This document shows, piece after piece, positions 45,401 to 57,200 of a stretch of DNA of 64,000 nt. The notes under the pieces are model-generated. The model did no database searches. It worked only from the letters and a program-made list of their open reading frames with translations, and had not been told where the DNA came from. Source of the stretch: Lama guanicoe. Lineage: Eukaryota. The position numbers and the translations under genes are program-made. Each line of letters opens with the position of its first letter. Positions within the stretch are counted from its first letter, which is position 1. Location of the stretch: positions 3,040,977-3,104,976 of the forward strand of contig MU054338.1 of NCBI GenBank assembly GCA_013239625.1, in the 5' to 3' direction.

Positions 45401-46039
45401 CAACCACTTGGCTGAACTCGGGGTGGGTGAGCCTGTGAGGGGAGAGACCACAGGGCTGCACGGCTGGCCATGCCGGGTGCACGCCCTTGCCCCCTCCCAC
45501 TCCCACTCCCACAGCAGCCCTCCTGCCTGCGGGGAACACTCAATGCCAAGGGCATTCTTGTGAAGCAGATGGCTCAGGCCCAGCCCTGAAATCCGCAGGG
45601 GGACCAGGCACTGGCCAGGAACAGAGCAGTCCTCCCAAGGTGAGAAGTCCCAGAGGAGATGCGAGTTTCAAGTGACTCACGGGATGCCACCCACGGGCGC
45701 TTGCTGGAAATCACATCAACCCAAATTCCCCACCCTGGTCACCCTGGGCCTTCCTGCCCCCGCCCCCTCCCCACCCTCTCCCCACCCCCGACCAGGATCT
45801 CCAGTCAACTGGCCTTAACCTCCGCCAAACGCACTGACTCATTCCGGCCTCGGAGCGCTTGCGCTTACCAGGCCCTCTGCCTGGAACACGCCTGCCCTGC
45901 TCTTGTGCGACCTGCTCCCTCTCGTCCTTCGGGTCCCAGTATCACCTCTTCAGGAGTCTTTCCTGGCACGCAATGCAGAGTTGCGGCCTTGTCACCCCCA
46001 ACACGACGCCTGGTCCTTCCGCATAGTGCTCATTCAGGA

Positions 46040-46263
46040 CAGCGGTTCTCAGCGGGGGTGACTTCGCACCGCGACCCCCCAGGCTCCTGGGGGTGTCTGT
46101 AGTCATTTTTTGGTTGCTACCACTGATGAGGGCAGGGGGTTGCTATGGGCATCCAGTGAGTAGGGGCCAGTGGTGCCACTCAACCCCCTACAGCGCCCGT
46201 AATGGCCCCACTCCAGAGAATGATTCAGCCCCAACGTCAGCAGTGCCAAGGGGGAGACACTGT
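46040..46263 (+). mobile_element. MER20-like hAT element (further fragments near 44990-45170 and 46535-46660)
   Basis: cagcggttctcagcggggg...ggcatccagtgagtaggggccag...gagaatgattcagccccaacgtcagcagtgccaagg. Confidence 0.65.
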
Positions 46264-46989
46264 GTTATTACTTGACGGAAAAAACTGAGTTAGATTCTTA
46301 GGCTCAAACTGGACGCTAAAATCAATCCCCAATGGTTCAGATGGTATAAACCAGGGTGGTGTCTGTGAGCTGCCTCCTCCCCTCCCAGTTTGTGTACTGA
46401 AATGCGTGCAGCATCCTAGGACCAATGTAGGTCAGATGGTTGTGGAACAGAGTCTCTTGTGGGTCAGTGGAATCCCCTAACCCAGGGGGTCCCAACGAGG
46501 GACCCCTCGTTCTGCCCCCCATGGGATGCATGCTGCTGGCATCTGATTGGTGGAGACCAGGGATGCGGCTAAGCAGGCCACAATAAGCAGGATGGCCCCC
46601 CAACCGCAAAGAATAACCTGGCCCCAAACATCACTTGTGCTGAGGCTGAGAACTCCTCTCTGGGTGAGTGGTGAGCACCTCCCCCAGGATGCCGGCTCCA
46701 CAGAGGCAGGCCCACACCCGTCCTGTTCCTGCTGTAGCCCCGGCGCACAGGAAGCACTTGGTAAACATCTCGGGTTGAATGAACGAGTCCCTGTCCTTGC
46801 TCAAACACTGGCTAAAGTCAAAGGGACCCCTGGTTGGGTGGGTACCCCATCACCTTCTTGACAAGACAGGTGCCCAGAGGTTTAAAGAAAAAGAAAGCAG
46901 TACTGCTCACAGCACAGAGATCACACGGAAGAACTGAAGCAAAACGTCAGCACAAAGAAGTACTGATTTCACCCTCAGTCTAGTGCTGA

Positions 46990-47200
46990 AAACCGCGGGC
47001 TCTGGTGTCAGAGAGCTCTGGGTTCAAATCCTGACTCTGCCACTACTGGTTATGTGATCTTGGAGAAGGTGTCCAACCTCTCTGTGCCTCGATTTCCCCA
47101 GCTATAAAACAGGACTGCAGGACCTACACCTAGGGCTACTCTCGAGGATCAAATGAAACTGCACAGGTAAAGTAGATGACAGAGCACAAACCACGTGACA
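46990..47200 (+). mobile_element. MIR SINE (other MIRs near 5620-5730, 17520-17680, 52380-52510, 54370-54520, 59580-59740)
   Basis: ctgggttcaaatcctgactctgccactact...aacctctctgtgcctcgatttccccagctataaaa MIR core. Confidence 0.7.
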
Positions 47201-47608
47201 GCTAACACTATCATCTAAACAAGTTACTTAAAATTACATCAAGGGGAGAATTGGATCAAAGTCCCTTTCAGAGCCAGAATCCATACCACTCGCAGATCCA
47301 GTGCCAGGCGCTGTCTTAGGTGAGGGGAGTGCCTTCACACCTCTGCCAGATCCAGCTGGAATCAGCACTCCCTCCTTTTCCTCCCCCAGTCCTCCAGGGG
47401 TTCTTTCTGCGCTCAGCTAGACTAGAATGCTGGAGAGACAGAAAAGTCTCCAGCCAGAGCACAAAGCTACAGTCAGCCTTCCCTGAGGGCTGTGACCCCA
47501 GGGCTGCAGAAGACTACTTCCTGCCAACTTCAATATCCTGGAAAAGACAAATGGATCCCACTGCCCCACACCCAGCCTTCCTGGCCATCCCACCCCAGCC
47601 CAACTGAC

Positions 47609-47661
47609 CTTCTAAAGGGTCCAGAAAGCCTCCATTCCAGCTGCAGACATGGGACACGGAC
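47609..47661 (-). other. DPP9: DPP9 non-coding exon 2 (53 nt)
   Basis: tcaag|GTCCGTGTCCCATGTCTGCAGCTGGAATGGAGGCTTTCTGGACCCTTTAGAAG|gtcagt; matches the recalled human DPP9 5' UTR. Confidence 0.8.
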
Positions 47662-48199
47662 CTTGACAGAGTAAATGTGTTATTAACACGGCGATTTAAA
47701 ACTACTCACTCTCCTTACTTTTGGGGAACCAGACAGTCAAGCCTGATTGTCTACCCAGTAGATCCTAATGATGCCTCACAGCCCTGCAGCGCTTCCTGTG
47801 TGCCCCGAACCACACCCAGGAGAAAAGTCCTGCCACAGGGCCCAATTCGCCCAGGATCCAGCAAGAGGGTACAGGCTCCTGGAAAAGTTGATCTCGCCGC
47901 TGAGGCAAGTGACTTCCTCACGATGGTGGTGGGGGGAGGGGGCAGGGGTGGGGTCAAAGGGGACGGGCCACTTCGCAGGGATGGGGAAGCGTCAAGGCTG
48001 GTTTAAGCCTCTGTGGGAAGAAGGGGGGGGGGACAGGCCTGGGAGGGAGGCTGAGAGAAGGGGCTGCACCCTCTGGGGATGTGGGTGGGGGGAGGCCAAA
48101 TGATCGGGAGCGGGGGAGGGGTGGAGGCAGGACGCAGGTCAGGGTGGTGGCTTCTGCTCTCCTGCAGGTAGCACGTGCTGCTATGGGGAGGGACAGAAG

Positions 48200-48860
48200 G
48201 TAGGGACCTCCAGAGCCTACAGGGAAGGGAAGGCGTTACCGAGTGCGGCCACCCCCGGAAGAGGCCAGAGCGGCAACGGGATGGGGGAGGAGGTCGCGCC
48301 GGGCCGGGCCGCGGGGAGGCTGAGGTGGCCCGATCGGCGGAGGCGACGCGCGGGGAAGAAGGGGCGAGGAGAGGCTGGGACGGGAGCCCAAGGCGGGGGC
48401 GAGAGGAACCGCGAGGCTGGTCGGTGGCGGGGCCGGGATACGGGGAGGCCGGGGCGGAGGGCACCGCGGCGGCCGGTCCGCGGAGGGTCCAGGGTCGGGG
48501 CTGAGGCGGGGCAGGTGGATGGCGGGTCAGGGTCGCGGCCGAGGCCGGACGGGGCGCGCGGGCGCTGCTCACCGGGGCTCGGGGCTGGCGCGGGGAGGCG
48601 GCCGGGCTGGGCAGGGCGTCCCAGGGCCGGCGGCGCCTCAAGCTCGCGGCTCCATGCCCGGGACTGCGGCCCCGGAAGTGGCGGGCGCGGGGGACGGCGG
48701 CGGCGGCCACGGGGTACCCGGCAGCTCGGGCCCCTTTGACCCGGAAGTCGAGCGGCCCAGGCGGCGGCCTCGGATTGGGCACCGGCCGGCCGGCACCAAG
48801 GAGCGGGGGGCACTGGGGGTGGACGCTCCAGCGCGGCCCCCGCCGCAAGTAGGGTGAACG
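48200..48860 (-). promoter_or_regulatory. DPP9: DPP9 CpG-island promoter
   Basis: Very high CpG density, two ETS/GABP-type CCGGAAGT sites (48672-48679, 48741-48748), CCAAT on the minus strand at 48774-48778. Confidence 0.88.
48573..48750 (-). other. DPP9: DPP9 non-coding exon 1 (5' end approximate)
   Basis: Lies in the CpG island, donor CCG|GTGAGC at 48573. Resembles the human DPP9 mRNA leader as I recall it (ACTTCCGGGTCAAAGG...GGGCATGGAGCCGCG). Confidence 0.75.
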
Positions 48861-48990
48861 TCCTATGGGTGGCGTCTTCCTGTGCAGGGAGGGAAGGTGG
48901 GGAAAGACACCCCCGTGTGGCTTGGTATCGTCCAGCCAAATACCTAATACTTCTACTAAAAGGACCTAGAGAAGAACGGATTCCGGCTCG

Positions 48991-49062
48991 GCGTTGGTGG
49001 TATAGTGGTTAGCATAGCTGCCTTCCAAGCAGTTGACCCGGGTTCGATTCCCGGCCAACGCA
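48991..49062 (+). tRNA. TRG-TCC: tRNA-Gly (anticodon TCC), intact
   Basis: GCGTTGGTGGTATAGTGGTTAGCATAGCTGCCTTCCAAGCAGTTGACCCGGGTTCGATTCCCGGCCAACGCA, 72 nt. Perfect acceptor stem, A and B boxes, and a TTTTT Pol III terminator at 49068-49072. Confidence 0.98.
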
Positions 49063-49268
49063 AGATGTTTTTCAGTTCTTCTCAGTTTTACTATCTGTTT
49101 AAAATGGTCTACATTGAGCTAGAATTTGTATAATTTTGCAATAACTTAAAAAATTCCATAATAATATCTTTAAAAACCGGAGAAAAAAAGAAAAAGCACA
49201 AAACCAGGATTTCTACCGTAGTTACTTTGAAGCAAATTCTAAAATCTGCAGTTCAGAAACTATGGCAG

Positions 49269-49340
49269 TGTTCTTGCCAGGGATTAAACCGGGGACCTTT
49301 CGCTTGCGAGGCGAACGTGATAGCCGCCGCACTACGAAGC
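49269..49340 (-). pseudogene. Degenerate tRNA-Val(CAC)-derived gene; anticodon now reads CGC
   Basis: Reverse complement GCTTCGTAGTGCGGCGGCTATCACGTTCGCCTCGCAAGCGAAAGGTCCCCGGTTTAATCCCTGGCAAGAACA aligns to vertebrate tRNA-Val. It has a 1-nt acceptor-stem deletion and substitutions in the A and B boxes. Confidence 0.85.
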
Positions 49341-49856
49341 TACTACGTGTCGAAGTTCTTGAGCTCATTATAGATAAACAATGTTACAGATATTGTCACA
49401 GTGTAGCACTTAAAACAAACACTTTGGTTCGTTCTGCCTGGGTGATTTCCGCTCTTCGTAAATATTCATCGCCGTGCTTCATGCGGTTGATGCAGGCAGG
49501 TGGAAAACACAGAAGTTTAAAAATCCAGTAACCCCATTCTCCATTCACACACACACAAACACACTACTGAAATAATCCAGGACAGAAATTGCTCACAAAC
49601 CCATCATGAAGCCAAACAATGTTTCATTAGTTCTCTCATAGATAGATTCTTAATTTAAACTCTTACCTGTCTACAAATATAAACCATGTTGCTTCAGCCC
49701 AAACCACTTTTTACAAGAACTTTCTGCAAAAGCCTTCTAGGGACGCCAGGTGTAGCAAATTTGGAAAGGAAAAAACAAACAAAATCAGACATACAAAGAA
49801 GATAATTAAAATGACTTTTCATCTCATAACATGGAGTTAACTCATTTTAAGCTAGT

Positions 49857-49931
49857 CTTCTTTTTTCTTTCTTCCTTCCTTTCTTTCTTCCTTCCTTTCT
49901 TTCCTTCCTTCCTTATTTCTTTCTTTCTTTT

Positions 49932-49966
<35 letters not shown>
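49857..49966 (+). repeat. (TTTC/TTCC)n repeat
   Basis: Pyrimidine tetranucleotide array. Confidence 0.92.
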
Positions 49967-50254
49967 GGAGGTTGTTTTTATGTATTTTTAATGGCTATTT
50001 CCCCCAGAACATTGTTGAAAATATAGAAACTTAAAAGTAGGTGTATTAAAATTCTCAACATGAAGAGCTTATCATTTTACTTTTCTATATTTAATGGAAG
50101 CAAACTTTTGCAACATACGCCTTTGGGGTAAGGGGCAGGAATTAACCAATAAAAATCACATGAAACACTAAGCAGCACACAGTTTTGCTTTTGCCTCAGA
50201 TCCCAGTGTGGCTCAGCTGGGCTCTGTCATGCAGCGATACATCTTGAAGATCTT

Positions 50255-50735
50255 CTGTATCAGTTCCCTACCGCTGCTGTGACAAATGACCACACAACAG
50301 CTGAAACAACATAAGTTTATCATCTTACACTTCTGGAGGTCAGAAGGCCAAAAATTGGTCTAAAGGAGCTAAAATCAAGATGTTAACAGGGCTGCATTCC
50401 TTCTACACGCTCTGTTTTTTGAGAATTCAGGAGAATCCGTTCCTTGACTTTTACGGCTTCTAGAGGCTGCCCACATTCCTTGGCTCATGGCCCCACCTCA
50501 CTCCAACTTCTGGTTCTATTGTCACATCTTTGATTTTGACTCTCTTGCCTCCTTCTTCTAAGGACCCATTTGATTACATCAGATCCACTCAGATAATGCA
50601 AAATAATCTCCCCTCTCAAGACTCTTAACTTAATCCTGTGCAAAAGTCCTTTGTGTCATGGAAGAAAGCATCTTCACAGGCTCTGGGGGCTAGGATGTAT
50701 ACATTGTAGGGGAGCAGTATTCTGCCAACCACACC
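50255..50735 (-). mobile_element. MaLR (MLT1-type) solo LTR
   Basis: tgtatcagttccc...ttctggaggtcagaag...gataatctccctctcaagactcttaacttaat. Confidence 0.7.
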
Positions 50736-53700
50736 TTCCCTCATCATTAAACATTCTTCTCTGACATCATTTTTGACAGCTGCATAGTGTTCCATCTGTT
50801 CATTCATTGAACAAGCATTGCCTGACCATTTACTACATGAACTGGAAGGCGGGCAGTGGGTGAGGCAGAAGTTCAAGCTGGCCTGGAACTAGAAATGAGT
50901 AGGCTGATCTGAGGAATGTTTAGTACCTAATATGGACCAGACCTACCACTTCACCGCCACTAAGAGGGCTGTAATCAAGAAAAACAATAACAGGTGTTGC
51001 CAAGGATGGAGAGAAACTGGAACCCTCATACTTTGTTGGTGGGAGTGAAAAATAGGGCGGCTGCTGTGGGAAACCATCCTCAAAAGGTTAAACATAGTGT
51101 TATTATCCAGTACACCAGGTATGGTCCTGCCCCAGGGCCTTTGCACATGCTGTGTCCTACTGGCTTCTCCCAGTTCTTTCCAGGACTCACTCCCTCTCCT
51201 CCAAGTCTGGGTTTCAATGTTACCTCCTCAGAGGGGCCTTCCATGAGTCCAGCTAACTTTAATCTTCTCCCCAGACTTGGCACCCACAAATTCAGTTCCT
51301 ATCACTTCACCATGTTCTTTCAATGCTTACCAGTCTCTGAAATAATGCCATTTGTAGATTTGTTTGCTTGTTTCTCCTCTGTCTACCCCACTGAGCTGTG
51401 AACTTTACCAGGTCAGGGTTGTTGTTGTTGTTGTTTGTTTGTTTGTTTGAATCTATTTTGTTCCCTACATGCCACTATGGGCTTGTAAACATTTGTTGAA
51501 GTTACGAACAAATGAACAGCTGGTCAGAGGCGAGAAAATGCCTGGGAATGGGGACAGAATAACACAGGGGGGCTTCCTGGTAGAGGGAGAGAACCTCAGA
51601 AAATATGTCTCTCCCCCTTGAACCCCATCAAGGCCTGAGAGCTCATTTATCCAAAACAACAACAACAACAAAAACTCCTTTAAAATGATTTTGATTTCCT
51701 GCATCCTTCAAACCCACTCAAGGCAGCTAATGCGCTGTGGCACCCAGCAAGTCACTCCCTCTCTGTGCCTGTACTTTCCTGTTTGAGGTCTGGTTCCTGT
51801 TCTCTGAGAGGCTACAAACTCAGGCAGTGCCTTGGATGAAAATGGTAATTCCTTCTTTCCACTAGGTGTCAGCAGGAGCCCAGGTGACGGACATTGTGCA
51901 GTGTCTCACCCCCCCATCCCCCAGCATTATCCCCTGCCTGCCCCTCACCCCCTCCTCCCTTCCAGCTCCACTCTGAGCCCCAGACAACAGCATCTCAAAG
52001 TCAGGCCCTTCCTTCCCCTAACACATACCCCGGCATTTGCAGAAGTGTCTCTGTACCCAGCAGGCAGAGCTGCTGTCCTGTTCTACCAGGGGTCTAGCCT
52101 TCAAAGAATCTTGAGGAAGGTTACAGGGAAGAGAAGGAAAGAGGAAAGGAAGAAAGGAAGCCGGGAAGAATTCAATGTTTCCAGTCTGGAAAACATTTCT
52201 TGCCAATGCTAGCTGCAACAGATCCCTTTGGATCTCCAGGATTAGCACTCATAGAATAATGAAAATGTGAGCTGAGAGATTTCTAAGAAAAGGTCACATT
52301 TTAAACTCATTTAGTCCTCCCAGCAACCCTGTGATACTGCCTCTATCAGCAGCACCATCCCCTCTTTTATTAGTAAAGAGACCCAGGCATACAGAGGTTA
52401 ACAACATGCTCAAGGAGACACAGAGAGGTTAGGTAACTTGTCCAAGGTCACACAGCTTATTAGTAGCAGAAGGAAGATTCAAAGCCAGGTGGCCTGGCTC
52501 CAAAGCCCATGGCAAGAGGCTAGACTGCTTACTACATAGAGGAAGGAGACATGCTGTTGTAGAAAGGCCCCCCCCACACACACACTCCCCAAGTAACAAC
52601 AACCAGGACATTCAAAGTTAAAAAGAGCAAACAACAGATGGGTCTCCATCTCGTGGGCAGATGTGTGAAAATAGATGCTTTGGAAATTGCTAGAATCAAA
52701 TAGGAGACACCATTGAGAAAGGTAATTTCTGGCAGTACCCAGACTAGACTGCCTTCTACATAGATGAGATCCAAGGTAATCAAGATAATTAAAAATAAAA
52801 TAAAAGTCCATTGAATCTTTTTCAAAAGATGGAAGAGTCTCAATTCTTGTGGCATACCCCATGCAATGCTGAATTTTGATGAGCCAAATGTCATAATTAA
52901 AACTCACTAAAATGGTAAGAATATAGGATATTTGCTTGGATCTCTTAAAAACAAGAAATAAGTCATTTCTGATACAGTTCATGTCCTCTGTGAACTGATA
53001 TTACGTTTTCAATTAAAAATTAGTTCAGAAAATAATCATAGTTCACTACTCATTAATGAATTGGTTAACTAGTAGTTAATAATGGTAGTTAAGGTGCCAG
53101 GTCCTGAAATAGGTGTTCTAATCACTTCTTTATCATAACCCATTCTGATGGGGGGCGGGACTTTCATTAAGCCCATTTTACAGATGGGGAAACTAAAGCT
53201 TGTCAATTTAACTTACACAAGAAGCTGTGTACTGGAGAGCGACAGAGACGGAGAGAGATTAATTTCATCAACAATCTCGCTCACTCCACCCCCATACTGG
53301 TCCCCTACAGCAGTGCTATTTCAATAAGAGGAATTTTTGCTATTGACAAATAATTTTAAATTAAACTATTTACTCCCTCAGTGTCAAAATAACCATGTTT
53401 ATTCTCAGGGCCACGTGGCAATTCTTTGATTGATTTCCTGGGGAGGGTTGCAGTAGCTGGGAGCTCCCCAGTCCTCCCTGTCTTTGCAATTTTCATTGAT
53501 TTGTGGAATGGTCCCTTTTGTCTGCAGCCCATGCTGCGTTTTCTCAAAACACACAAAATTTGGGGAGGGGATTCCTACATTATATCTCACACACCACCGT
53601 CACCACAACCGTAACAGCAGATGACATTCACAGCAACCTCCTGGGCGCTGGGTACACTTCTAATATATTTCACGCTCACAGTGACCCTGTGAAGTGTGAT

Positions 53701-54228
53701 CATTAATCCAGTTTTATTCATAGGGAAACCGAGGCCCAAAGAGGTGGAGTCACCTGTCAGCCAGCTGGAGAGTGGCGATTTTAGCCCCGGCAGGCTGACT
53801 CTGGAAGGCACGTCTCCAAACCTCTCCACAGCTAACCCCGTGCCTATAAATATTGGAAGGGCCTTCTCAATCAACAGATGATGACAAAATCAGCTGGTTA
53901 TTTTTGTCGTGGGGACACAGGAATGGTAGGTGCAAGAAGCAGAAGCCCTGGGCTGTTGGCAGATTGCAGAAGAGGGCGTCTTGGTGCGGGGGTGGGGGGC
54001 ACGTGTGGCTGAGACTCTCTCCCTCTCCCTCCTTCCCCCTCGGCCTCTCATCTCCCTGCGTCTCCAGGGCACTCTGTAGCTGAGGGGCATTCTTAGCTCC
54101 GGACAATCAACCCATCACTGTCTGAAGTAAATGAGATGGGAGATGGGATGTGGCGGGGTTGGGGGGTGATGGCGGGGCGTGAGAAAGCTCTTCTCATTCC
54201 CCATATGTCTCTTTCCTTCCCCCCTCCC

Positions 54229-54231
<3 letters not shown>

Positions 54232-54266
<35 letters not shown>

Positions 54267-54286
54267 GCCACACACATACACACACA
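54232..54286 (+). repeat. (CA)n microsatellite, interrupted
   Basis: Long CA run. Confidence 0.95.
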
Positions 54287-57200
54287 GAACCTACTGGAAT
54301 TGCCCTCTCTTTGGGCTGGGTTTCTCTCTCATTCTCTCTTGAGTGGCCTGGTGAACTCAGCCTCACTGTGTGACACTGGACAAGTGGCTTTCCCTCTCTG
54401 AGCCTCAACTTCCTCATCTGTGAAATGGGGATGATAATTGTAGCGCTATCTTGTGGAGGGTAATGGGAAGACCCAGTAAAATAAGGGCTAGCCTGGGGCT
54501 TGGCGCATGGCAGGACTCAATACAGAGCACCCATGGGGATTTTTATTTTGCCCCAGGGCTCTTCCCGGTGGGGACACTGGTACGAATCCTACCACTGACT
54601 GGGAGTCTCACTACACGGACACCTCAGATCCAACAGAAGGATCCTCACCCCTGACACCATCCCGAGCCCATGATGAAAAAATCCACAGGCTGGACCATCA
54701 CGTGACAACTCCCGCCAACGCTCTTCAGCTGAATGTTCCAGCTCCCCCACTGCCCGTTCTCTGTGCACTGGTCCTGCCCCACGCCCTGACCCGGCTGGAG
54801 AGTCTGGAGCACGGACACGCCAGCGAGCACCGCTGCTACTGGGGGGCCCCACCCAAGATGCTGGGCAAGCAGGGGCCCGTGCCAACCTCAGTGTTCTCAT
54901 CTGAAAAATGGGGGTTATGAAATCACCTCCCTCCGGGGGTTGTATGAAGTGGCTCACACAGTGGGACACAGGAAGGATTTCCCATGGCAGGTCCCTGGCC
55001 CCTGAGAGTCCATGGCGCCCTTTCTCCTATTGCTCAGCCCAGTCCCCTCCCTGACCTGTCCCCACTCAGGTGGAGAAATGCCACGGTCTCCAGATCATCC
55101 CTTCAGACACCTTCTTGCCCTGTTTGTCCCCAGCCTGACCCACCAGCCTCGGCCGCTGCTCTGTCCACAGCACCCGGCCCTGGCTGCTAGGGAAAGACAG
55201 TAACTGTGTGAATGAATAAATGCAAGTTTTGTGTCTTCCTTCTAGAAATCTCTTTCCAGCAAATGTTTCTAATGTTTTGGCATGAAATTCAAAGTTGAGT
55301 TATTGAATTAACAGTAGGGAGTTGCCAAAGATACTAGATACATACATGTTATTTGTCTTCCAGAAAGCAGCAACATGTGGAGTACGTGGAGGGGCCAGGA
55401 TAGCAGCCACGCGCCTGGGCTCTTCAGCTGCTTCCCCACGGAGCGCACAGAAGGCGCCCGTCACCCACGATTCCCTGGCACTCAACTGAGGGCTGGACGT
55501 AGGACGGTGGAAAGGACGGTGCCGCTGGCTTCATGGAGTTTCGAGTCTAGTCCAGTACATCCTAGGCTTAATGCTTGGCCCCAGCCACTTCCGTCTAAAA
55601 TGATTCAATCTGCATTCTGAATTATCATCTGATGAATAAAGGGGTGATGGCTTTGTTCTCTTGAGAAGTGAATAAATGATAACATGCTTACAAAACAAAA
55701 CAAAACAAAACTCTTTCCTTTGAGGAAGGCCAGCTTACTATATTCAAGGTTCATCCCCTAAACTAAGTTCACACCCTAAGCTACTATATAGCCCAGTAGT
55801 TAGGAACACAGGCACCAGACCCAGGGGCCTGGGCTCAAATCTCGACTTTGCGACTTAATGGCTGTGTGACATCCGATGTGCTGCCGACCCTCTCTGAGCT
55901 GCAAGCCACCATGAAGAGTGGCTTCATGTCAGGGTTAATTTGCGCGTCAACTTGACTGGGCCACAGGGAGGGAGGGGTACCCAGTCTAGAGGGCTTCCAG
56001 CACTTTCCTAGATTCACAGACCTTCCTGTTTCCCCCCAGGGCGGCTGGGGAGGATGGAAGCAGGGTGGGGGGTGGGTGAGACAAAGCAGGGTTGGGGTCT
56101 GTTTATTAGCTCTAATCACTGGCTCCTGGGCTGAATTAGACCAAATTACAGCAGGCTGCCCTTAAGGACAGCGGGCTCCCAGCATTGTCTGCGGGAGCGG
56201 AGAGAGCAGGCTGCTGTGGGGAGTGGGCGGGGCGGTGGGGGGGTCTGGAGGGACCCCTCTCGACAGTGAAGCTCCCCAATTAGCCAGGCAGGGAGGGGCG
56301 GGAGAGCTGCGGCCCGGCCCCCCTTCCCAAGACCGTGCAGTGTCCCAGTGAATTCAGCTCCACAAAAGCCAATTAAAGACTGCAGGGGGCTGAGTGGGCT
56401 GCGGGGGAGGGAGGATGGAAGAAGAGGCAGAGGGAAAGGGATCATGTGAGCCTGGGTGGGGGCACCTGGGCCGGGCGCCCAGGCCCACCGATACCTGTGT
56501 GCTGCGGGGAGACGCCGTGGGGGCAGCTGGACTCCCCAAAGCACAAAAGGGGCATTGTTCTGACCTTCGCCTCGTCTGTCCTCACCAGTCCTGATAAGGA
56601 AGGTGGGGCTGCCCAGGGGTCCCAGAGAGGAGACAGGGGGTAAAGCACATGGAGGGACAGAGCAGGCTTTCCAGGGTCAGCAAGGGTCCGCTGGTCTGTC
56701 TCTTGATCAGACACACATGGGGTCCCTCTCCTCCAGGCGGAGAGGAAGGAGTGGGAAGGACCTGCCCAGGGGTAGGCAGTCCAGGTGTCCAGGAAGCCCT
56801 CCAGGATTGCTGTAGATCCCTCTCTGGGGATTCCTTAGTCCCAGCTGCCCTCCCCTCCTCCCTTCTCTGACTCCCCCACCCCCCACAGGGCTCCTCCCCT
56901 CCCTAAGCCCCATCTCTGAGACCCTCTCCCTCTCTGTGAGCCCCCTTCCCCACCATGAGTCCCCTCTCCCCCAGGACCTTCCCCCTCTCCTCCTCTTCCT
57001 CTCGACAACCCCCCTACTCCAGCCTCCCTCCCTGGGGGCCTGAGGATGGGACTCCTCAGCTGGGTCTGGCTTGAGAGGTCCCAAGATCCTTCCTGAGCCA
57101 AGTTTTTGGGGTCTGGAGGGAAAGAGGCACCTATCCATTCCCCCTTCTCTGCATCAGAGCAGGCTGCTGGTGAGTCTGCAGTCAACACTTGGTGGGAAAG

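Noticed and set aside
48003..48939. Overlapping 150-280 aa ORFs on both strands at the DPP9 5' end
   Set aside because: CpG islands are depleted of stop codons. The minus-strand ORFs read through the exon 1 donor and give low-complexity Arg/Pro/Gly/Ala sequence.
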